Positions 9,951 to 18,293 of a DNA stretch of 35,228 nucleotides are shown here, one piece after another (position 1 is the first letter of the stretch; each line of letters opens with the position of its first letter). Source of the DNA: Guillardia theta CCMP2712 (lineage: Eukaryota; Protista; Cryptophyta); NCBI RefSeq assembly GCF_000315625.1, contig NW_005434533.1:1-35228 (forward strand). Reading direction: 5' to 3'. The notes under the pieces were generated by a model that worked only from the letters and a program-made list of their open reading frames with translations, was not told the DNA's origin and did no database searches. A program made the translations under genes and the position numbers.

Positions 9951-10289
9951 TGCCAGGAAATAAGGAACCTGCCAGGAAATAAGGAACCTGCCAGGAAATA
10001 AGGAACCTGCCAGGAAATAAGGAACCTGCCAGGAAATAAGGAACCTGCCAGGAAATAAGGAACCTGCCAGGAAATAAGGAACCTGCCAGGAAATAAGGAA
10101 CCTGCCAGGAAATAAGGAACCTGCCAGGAAATAAGGAACCTGCCAGGAAATAAGGAACCTGCCAGGAAATAAGGAACCTCCTAAACATAAGGAACCTTAG
10201 GGTTCTAAACCCTAAACCCTAAACCCTAAACCCTAAAGGAAATAAGGAACCTGCCAGGAAATAAGGAACCTGCCAGGAAATAAGGAACC
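9951..10289. repeat. 19-bp tandem repeat TGCCAGGAAATAAGGAACC: 12 perfect copies at 9951-10178 and ~2.7 more at 10238-10289, interleaved with telomeric repeats
   Basis: Directly counted. Confidence 0.97.
10205..10237. repeat. Telomeric tract (CCCTAAA)4+
   Basis: Direct; preceded by an inverted TTAGGGTT at 10197-10204. Confidence 0.95.
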
Positions 10290-10291
10290 TG

Positions 10292-10338
10292 AACCCTAAA
10301 CCCTAAACCCTAAACCCTAAACCCTAAACCCTAAACCC
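10292..10338. repeat. Telomeric tract (CCCTAAA)6+
   Basis: Direct. Confidence 0.97.
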
Positions 10339-10424
10339 GCGCGAGCACTGGGAGTACACGGCCTACAATGCGAACCCTGCTTCTGAGGTCTCTTTCTACT
10401 TTCTACTTCTGCTGTCTTCTCTTG

Positions 10425-10638
10425 GCTTCCTCAGCCTCAGTCAGGAGAGTTGCCTCTCCTCACCTTGGCCTTCGGTCGCCACCTACTCTACCTCCATTCA
10501 GCTTCCTCAGCCTCAGTCAGGAGAGTTGCCTCTCCTCACCTTGGCCTTCGGTCGCCACCTACTCCTCCTCCATTCAGCTTCCTCAGCCTCAGTCAGGAGA
10601 GTTGCCTCTCCTCACCTTGGCCTTCGGTCGCCTCCTAC
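10425..10638. repeat. 76-bp tandem repeat (~2.8 copies) in the E2 3' UTR
   Basis: GCTTCCTCAGCCTCAGTCAGGAGAG... starts at 10425, 10501 and 10577. Confidence 0.93.
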
Positions 10639-10663
10639 CTTCTCTCCTTACCTTGAGCTCAGC

Positions 10664-12807
10664 TCAAGCTCGGTACGGGCTCGCCCCGTCTTCTTCCTCG
10701 CCATCGCCTTGCTCTTCCTCCATGTCTTCCTCTTCTTCGTCATCTTCCCTCATCTCCACCCGCAGTCGGTCCTTCTTGTCCACCTTCAGCGAGCAGGCCA
10801 GCACGTGCATCTCTGCGAATTTACTCAGTGCTATGAACAGGAAGCTAAGAGATCGACGCTCGATGTCGTCGCTCTCCGCCTCCTGCTCAAGCTCAGCAGC
10901 TGCCGTTGCCCGTGGCGAGAACGCGCTGCCCCTCCTTGCCTTCTTGCTCTCTCCTTGCACGCGAGTCCAGCGCTTGCTCTGCAGCCACTTCCCCAGCTTC
11001 TCCTTGAGAACGTTGCGTCCCACTCCCTGCTCCTCTGGCGTCTTCGCCCACTCTCCCAGCGACATGAACTCCAGGCTCCCCGGAGAGTAGAACGTGTCGT
11101 GGAGGTTGCCAACAGCCTTGTCCAGGACCAGCTTGATCGGCTCGCTCGTCCCCGTCTCGTTCAAAGAAGCTGCATCTTCGATGACTGCTGACAGCTCGCT
11201 GACAAGCTGCATGTCCTCTTGGCTTGACGGAGATGCTGCCTCCATTGTGATCCTCTCCAGGTCTGTAAACTCCAGCCACTCTCCCTCGCTCTCCGCCTGT
11301 CGCTGCGCTGCGTCGCTGGTGCCCCGCTGACCAGCCGCCTCAGAGTCAGGCTCCTTGTCGAAGCCGACTGCTTCGAGCTTGGTTGCTGCGCCTTCGAGAT
11401 AGAAGGGCAGCTCCTTCATCATGCGTCGAGCATCCTCCGTGGAGCCGAGGAGGATGCATAGCTTGGACCCGTTCCAGGACTTCGTGTTCAAATCCTCCTC
11501 CATGTCGATGCCTTCAACTTTGATCTCGAGCCTGTTAGCGATCTCCAACAAGACTCTCTTGACTCTTGCGATGGACGTGTTGCCGCCGTTGCACAGCCCC
11601 TCCATCTCCTTCCTCGTGAAGCGACCAGATGCCGCCGTCGACTTGATGATGATCTTGATCTCCTTGCCGTCCTTGCCGCCTGCCTTCTTCTGCATCCTTG
11701 ATGCCTTCTTCAACTTATTTCTGGACACAAAGCGATCAGCTGTCAACTCGACTGCGAGCGCCTCTCTGATCTTCGGGTCCTCGCTGAACAGAGTCAGGTG
11801 TACTCCCTCCATCGCTTCGCTCTCTCGGAAAGCTCGAAATGCTGTATCATTCGCCTCTGGGCAGCTCGAGGAGACGATCCACTCCACCTCCCTCTGTCTC
11901 CAGATGACGTTGGCCCCTACAGCGATGAAGCCTTTCTGACCTAAGCCTTTGTGGACTTGCTGTCCTGGCGCCCCAGCGACCAGCATGCCTGCCAGCGGCT
12001 GGAGTTGGACCGCTGCAAGGGACTGGCGCAGCAGCTGATACCGGTAGACATCAGCAATTTCGGCTGTTGTCATGCCGCCCAAGGTTAGCAGGTGAGTCAG
12101 CTCTGCCAAGCTGCCCCCTTTGCCCCAGGGTCCTCTCTTGGCTCGAATCTTGAAAGATCGATCGTGCACGATGCTCACATGTACAGCTGTGAACTTGCGA
12201 CCATCGATCGCGAAGTCCTCTCTTCCCTGCCAGAGCTTCTCCGCTTGTGCATTGCGGAGGAAGGAAACAGTCACCGGGATCTCCTCAGCACTCGCTATCT
12301 CGGGTCTATACGGAGCCTTCCACATGATTGCTTTACTCTCTTGCACTGAGTCTACGATCAGTCCGATCTCTTCGAATTTCTTCTTCAGCTTTTCTTCATG
12401 GTTGACATACACCGAGGAGATGCCCAGGAGAGTCACGGAGATGAAGGAAGTCACCTCGTTGCCTGCTGAGACGGTGTATGTCTCGACCTTCTCCTTCTTG
12501 GCTTCTTCAATCTGCTGCATAAACCACTCTCAGTGGATGCGTCACTCCATCCAGTCATTGCTTCTTGTAGAAGCTCGCGTCGTGCCTGCTGACATGTCGA
12601 GCGGATGGCTTCTGCGATAGCGTCGGGGGTGCATCCCTCCACAGCCTTGCAAGCCTGAGCTGTCCTGTTAGGAAAACGTTTCGCGAAGCTCTTCACTTTC
12701 TCGACAAGATCAGCTTCGAGGACCGCGGCATCCACAAGCTCGCCCTGCGTGTATTGGCATGATCTCCGATGATACAGGCGCGATGATGTTGCGAACACTT
12801 TCATCAT
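10664..12807 (-). CDS. E2 ORF1 homolog, frameshifted near 12527-12532 (ORF-track frames 12451-12807 and 10664-12520)
   Basis: GLIVDSVQESKAIMWKAPYRPEIASAEEIP aligns with E1 GLIVDQTQDSRSLIFKAPLKPDLAKAEEIP; upstream frame ADLVEKVKSFA..AIAEAIRSTC aligns with E1 AELVRRLDDFA..ALAEAISHTC. Confidence 0.8.
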
Positions 12808-12928
12808 ACTGAAGAACCATACTTAGAAAGCTATTTGAAGTATACAAACCTCTTGCTCGCAGCTTCCTTGGCGCCCTGGCGGCTTCCCCTACACCTGGCA
12901 GGGAGCCATGCTGCCGAAAATAACGGCG

Positions 12929-12961
12929 CCCTAAACCCTAAACCCTAAACCCTAAACCCTA
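12929..12961. repeat. Telomeric tract (CCCTAAA)4 CCCTA
   Basis: Direct. Confidence 0.96.
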
Positions 12962-13357
12962 GAAGCTGTTTCAACTCTACCTAACCCTTGCTCGCAGCTT
13001 CCTCCGGTCCCCTTGCGCTCTCCCTACGCGCCGCAGAGCAGCATGCTTTTACTAAGGCCGGCCTGCTTTTACTAAGGCCGGCCTGCTTTTACTAAGGCCG
13101 GCCTCTGCTTTTACTAAGGCCGGCCTGCTTTTACTAAGGCCGGCCTGCTTTTACTAAGGCCGGCCTCTGCTTTTACTAAGGCCGGCCTCTGCTTTTACTA
13201 AGGCTGGCCTGCTTTTACTAAGGCCGGCCTCTGCTTTTACTAAGCCTGGCCGGCCTGCTTTTACTAAGGCCGGCCTGCTTTTACTAAGGCCGGCCTGCTT
13301 TTACTAAGGCCGGCCTCTGCTTTTACTAAGGCCGGCCTGCTTTTACTAAGGCCGGCC
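12962..13357 (-). mobile_element. E3: 5'-end stub (~100 bp leader plus terminal repeat array) of a third related element
   Basis: CTTGCTCGCAGCTTCC and the following leader are shared with E2 12850-12912. Confidence 0.72.
13044..13357. repeat. 20-bp tandem repeat TGCTTTTACTAAGGCCGGCC, 15 copies, five junctions carrying an extra TC
   Basis: Directly counted. Confidence 0.96.
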
Positions 13358-13359
13358 TA

Positions 13360-13401
13360 TAAACCCTAAACCCTAAACCCTAAACCCTAAACCCTAAACC
13401 C
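13360..13401. repeat. Telomeric tract (CCCTAAA)5+
   Basis: Direct. Confidence 0.96.
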
Positions 13402-13665
13402 TTGGCATCCAGGATTCGATCGCTGTTTCGTTGTTTCTGTGAAGTTTTTCCATAGTCCTCAGTTCCGGGCCGCCCGTGCCGCGCCTCCCCCGGGCCCGGC
13501 TTGACGGTTTCAGTGTGACCGTCTACCTGTCCATTTGTTGCGCTAAGTCCTTGTCCCTTCCCTGCCTGCCGTCTGTGAGGCTTCCCCTTCGGTCTGTCGT
13601 TGACCTTTCCCCTGTCGTCTTCCAACCTCGTTGACCTTTCCCCTGTCAGAGTCGTCTTCCAATTG
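13402..13665 (-). mobile_element. E4: probable 5'-truncated 3'-end fragment of a related element
   Basis: Lies between telomeric tracts; 13529-13615 resembles E1 3' UTR 40-145 (shared CCTTCCCTGCCTG and flanks). Confidence 0.45.
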
Positions 13666-13708
13666 CCCTAAAACCCTAGTAGTAAAACCCTAAACCCTCA
13701 AAACCCTC
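13666..13708. repeat. Degenerate innermost telomeric repeats
   Basis: ccctaaaaccctagtagtaaaaccctaaaccctcaaaaccctc. Confidence 0.85.
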
Positions 13709-13883
13709 TGGACTAAGTTTATATAAGGGGTTGTTTGTGCTTCGCTCGAAAATGCCACGACGTCATGCAGACGGCATAAACAAGGACTTTTCAAGAATTT
13801 AATTTCAGAGCTATGAAAAGAACTTGAGCTCATACTTATCCCATGCATGGAGAAGGCTTTTTAGCCTCCATAGCGAAAGGATT

Positions 13884-15358
13884 ATGATGGAAGAAGGAGC
13901 TGAAATGATTCGTTTGCAAACAAAGCGGAAAGAAGAAGATTATGAAAGAGAGTTTTCAAGATGTTCTTTTCAACCTGCTTTTCTTCCATCTACCTTGCAG
14001 TGTATTGTTGTAATCACCCTACTTCTTTCAATTATCACACTCTCCACTCAATTGAGCAGTCAAATTCAATCATGGTGGATCAGTGCTCTGGAAGGCGGGA
14101 TTCCTGGTGCCGCCGCCATGGTCGTACAGGTTCCTCAGTGCAACTCAAGATTTGCGATCAATAACCTCTGATGTTCTATTCTTCTCTGCAGGTCTTCGCT
14201 CTTCTATGGCTTCGAACCACAATGAACTACCAGTATCGATATGGCGGGAGCATGAAACAGGCGCTGCTGCATCTCTACAGGGAAGGAGGGATCCCAAGAC
14301 TGTATGCTGGGCTTCTTCCTGCTCTGATTCAAGGCGTGCTAACATGATACTTGTTTGTCCCTTGTGTTCTAATGCCTTCACAGGTCCCCTTGCTCGATTT
14401 GGTGACACAGCAGCAAACAACGGCGTACAAACAGCCTTGAGATCGCTCGAAGGCATTCTAAGCATGCCTTTGTGCCTACATCTCACTTGTCGTCTCTCCA
14501 GCAACAAAGGACTGGTCAACTGCAACCGTTTCCCTCGTCTGCTCCCTAGTGGCCGGGTTGTTTCGGATTTTGCTTGTGCCTCTCGAGGTTGTCAAGACGA
14601 CTTTGCAGGTTCCTGAAGCTTAAAATGTGAGTATGCGATTGACAGAGAGGTCAGGTAGAAGGACGGTCCGGGTTTGTTTCTCTATTGAGAAGAGTTTCTC
14701 AACGTGGCTTCTGCTGCTTGTTTGAAGGAGTCCTCGCTACCTTTGCTGCTCACTTCTGTGGTCATTATCCCTGGTTTGCGACTCGCAATTTCCTTACCGG
14801 GTGACGAAAAACTGTAAATCATCATGGTCAATTTGACAATATCTCGTTCCTGTCCGTGCCGTTCAGTATTTGGACGAAATCAGACGATGCACCTTTCAAT
14901 GTTTTCAGGAATGCAGTCATCGGTGAACGAGAAAAACCTGGTTTAAGAGAAGATAATGAATCATGCAGGATTGCTGGCGTCGATTGTAGCAGATACGTTT
15001 TCAAATCCTGCAAGGGTAATCAAAACATACAAACAGGTACTGAATCGTTCGGGTTATTTTTTCATTTTTCATTTTCATCGCTGGCAGACAAGCATGGAGC
15101 AGATAAGTTACCTCAGCGCAATCCAACAAGTTTGTACAGGGATCAAACATCACTCGCTAACTTCATGCAAAGGTGCTGGCGCAAGGAGGCTTCCAAGGAT
15201 TTTTCACTCGGGGGCTGGGAACGAAGGTTTTCTGTAATGCAATACAGGCAAGCTTGTTTGGGAAACACATATTTCTGACATCTCTTCAAAAGTCAATGTT
15301 TTTCAACATCACCTGGGAGCTCTTCCAAGAGAAATACAAACTTCTAAGATCTGCCTAG
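13884..15358 (+). CDS. Mitochondrial carrier-like protein, multi-exon (start uncertain)
   Basis: Spliced: [89 protein letters not shown]. Confidence 0.8.
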
Positions 15359-16518
15359 ATTGCATTTTGCAGAACCAAATCTACTGTTCGCTGTGCAAAA
15401 AAAGTGTGACGTCAAAGGAGATATGCGGACAATACAACTCAGACCGGATGTGTTTTTAAAACAAAAAGTTCTACTCTCTACGCTGTCATTATGCAAAGGC
15501 AAAGGCCATGTGCTCGGATGTGACTCTGATTCTACAGAAGAAATACCAAGAAGTCTCACTGAATCGTCGCTCAGTTTGTAATAATCGCTTCCATGACCCA
15601 TCGGTCTCTGCTTCTCCAAAACGATAAACCCACAGTTTGGCAAATTTTTGCTAAGCATGAATGTTTCGGGAGACCAGTGCAACCATCGCATGGCGAAGAG
15701 CCTGACAGCTAACCCGTGACTGACAATCAGAACAACTCCATTCTCGACGTCATGTTGACATTGAAAAACTCTCCACAGAGAGTCAATGAACAAGGAAATT
15801 CTATCGTAGACATCTGCACATGATTCTCCACCTGGAGGCCTCCAAAAGAATCTCGAATAGGAGTCTTCGTCGCTGCGATCTGGTGCATTCCGTTGAAAGC
15901 TTCCACTAAATTCCCTCTCGCGGATCCGAGGGTCTTCATGGTTGTAGAGAACTTTGACATTTGATTTTGAAAGCTCAGACAGAACTATCGAAGCAGTCTG
16001 CCTCGTCCTCACATACGGTGAGCTGAAACTAAAAACTGGTCGTTTGCCGATGATTTTTCGAAGAATGCCGGTTGCTTGGACTGCCTGCATGACTGATTAG
16101 CAACAATGAGGTCAGCCACATGCAAAAGGCGTCAAATAATGAATAACATAGACCTGTTGGACTCCTTCTTTGGTAAGTTGTATGTTTGGATCACCAACTG
16201 ATGCATATTTCTCAGGATTTACGTTCGCTTCTGACTCTCCATGCCTCATTAAAATGATAAGATCTGCTTCAGGCATCAGAACATGACATTCATCGTCAAC
16301 CATTGGATACCTGGTTTATGATAACGTTTCTGATGAGCGATTCTCTTTTCAAGCTTGAGAATCCTTCTCCAAAGCATGTAGGAAATCAGGAGCGTGCCGG
16401 TGCAAAAAGCATTCCGAGCCCACGGAAACAAAGCTTCGAAACTTTTCGAAGGAAGGAGAAACAATTGGTTGACAGAGATAGAGGAGAGGAGGCGGTAAGG
16501 GTCGAGGAGCGTGAGCAT
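15344..16518 (-). CDS. Histidine phosphatase / phosphoglycerate mutase-like protein (Det1/AT74-like), multi-exon
   Basis: LMRHGESEAN, SSPYVRTRQT, DPRIRERE, GGESCADVYDR, VSHG motifs. Confidence 0.88.
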
Positions 16519-17059
16519 GTTTCTCAGGGATCCATGAGTGTAGCTATGACAAGAGCTGATCGCATTCCAAACCACGTCCCCTATACTTGGGTTTTTATTC
16601 AAGTTACTCAACGTTGTTCCCCGCCGCGGCCGGGCCCGGCGCCGCCCGGGCCTGGGGCCGCCCGGCCGGCCGCCGGCGGGGCCCCCGGCCCGGTAGGACG
16701 GTATCGTCCTGACGGTACGCCGCCCGGCCCAGTACGCTCGGGGAGTCAGAGTCGCCGTGCCAGGCCGCGGGCTGTGCCGCGCCGGGCACTGGCTGGCACG
16801 CCGGCTAGCCTAGTAGTCACTCTGAGCCGGAGTAAACCGGTACGGTCGCTGACGGTTCCAAGTTCCTAAAGTCCCTTCGGATCGCCTAAACATTGAACGA
16901 TATTGAACGTGAGTGATGCTTGTATTATAGACTAAGTTACGACTTACTAACGGCGGCGTGCCGCGTGAAAAGATCAGTCGCGGCAGTACTCAGTGATGCC
17001 GGACTGGAAGCCTCGAACCGTGAACCGTTTGGAACTGCCGCAGTGCCATGATCCAATGA

Positions 17060-17985
17060 TTAAAAGACGTAGACATTGTGGCCTGTCGTTAAGTCTTCCT
17101 TGGTATCATGCGATGATAAACAACGAGCTCGCCATGAAGCAATAATTGCCTTGTCTTCCCAATCATGCGTCATCGCTGGCTTCTCATTCTTATTATCGTG
17201 GAACTCTTCGGCGGTCGCAGATTTGTCTTCTTTCTGCAGCTTGTCTGTCTTCGAACCCAGCAGCTCCACAAACGCTGAGTCCAGTATGCCTTGCAAGTCC
17301 ATGCTAGACGCGCGATGATCCGCAGAATACATGTTATGCTTGTCTTCGCTATTTCTGAAGGAGTTGCTACCCCAGCTGAACGGAAAATTCAGCAGTGAAG
17401 ACAATGATGACTCGGAGTCCACGTGCTCTTGAGGACTCATTGTAAGAGACTCGAAGCTTGGGGCTGCGATAGACTGTTGCTCTGTCTCATCGAGGTGAAG
17501 CATGGGGTTCCTACGTCTTGAATCGGACTTTTTGATATGTCGCTTCGGTTTTGTTTGTTCAGAAACTGTGTCTTTGATGTTCGGTCGATGACTTGCGAGA
17601 TTTTCTTCATCGTCTTGCTCTTCATGACTTTGTGAAGTTGTTTTCTCTTGTTCTGGATTGCTCTTTGCATCAGAATATTGTTTTTCAGCTTTGAGCCATT
17701 CATGGACTTTAATCATGGAATGTTTCTCTTCGGCCGATAACTGATTGTAGCGCATGATTTGACTGAGAGAGTTTCAAGGGTGGGATCGACGGGAGATAGA
17801 GGTAGTTGTGTGATGTGATGGTGGCGGAGCCTTAGAGCCTTTAAACAGGAAAAGAGGTGGAAAGGGCGATGACCCAGGCAAGGAGGGGTCATATGAGCCT
17901 GTTTGTCCAGGTGAAATGATCTGTTCGACTCGTGCAGTCCTGAAGTACACGATAAGAAGTCTTTTCGACTGTCATCGAGGTTCAA
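17060..17985 (-). CDS. Hypothetical protein (5' exons unresolved)
   Basis: 231-aa hydrophilic open frame at 17060-17755 with a plausible upstream exon; no recognised domain. Confidence 0.5.
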
Positions 17986-18239
17986 GTTGAGGCGAAAACA
18001 TACACTATCAGGTCTGCACTACGGCTGTTTTAGTACCCTACCCCCTTCGTTACCTATTTCATGACCGGGGTACAAAACGAGGTGCAATAGCAGATGCACG
18101 CTGACTGTCATCCAGTCTGGGTGTAAACTATAACGGTTCCGGAAGCGTGCAGTAACGGTCTGAATGCCTCGGCGGGCCTGCTTGGGCACTGCTACTTCCA
18201 CCCGCTGGCGCACAGTCGCAAGCACATTTTCTACTAGCG

Positions 18240-18293
18240 ATGGCGATGGCGATGGCGATGGCGATGGCGATGGCGATGGCGATGGCGATGGCG
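18240..18293. repeat. (ATGGCG)9 microsatellite at the TPR gene start
   Basis: Direct. Confidence 0.95.

Larger units (their letters stand above)
1..10178 (-). mobile_element. E1: telomere-associated non-LTR retrotransposon, Dualen/RandI-like (APE + RLE dual endonuclease), two ORFs; 3' end runs off the window
   Basis: ORF1 plus ORF2 with Ulp1, APE, RT, RNase H-like, CCHC and PD-(D/E)xK motifs in order; 5' end abuts a 19-mer array and (CCCTAAA)n. Confidence 0.9.
10339..12930 (-). mobile_element. E2: non-autonomous ORF1-only retroelement related to E1, flanked on both sides by telomeric repeats
   Basis: ORF1 homolog; 5' leader similar to that of E1; no ORF2; CCCTAAA tracts at both junctions. 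Confidence 0.82.

Noticed and set aside
9951-10178. CRISPR-like array
   Set aside because: Perfect head-to-tail 19-mers with no spacers, no cas genes and a eukaryotic context; the same applies to 13044-13357
9916-10188. 90-aa ORF (FLISWQVPYFLAGSLFPG repeats)
   Set aside because: Translation of the 19-mer array
10425-10638. Hammerhead ribozyme in the 76-bp repeat (CTGAGGA fits CUGANGA)
   Set aside because: No downstream stem II plus GAAA core could be found
10368-11191. + strand ORFs of 240 and 221 aa
   Set aside because: Antisense shadows of E2 ORF1 and the 76-bp repeat
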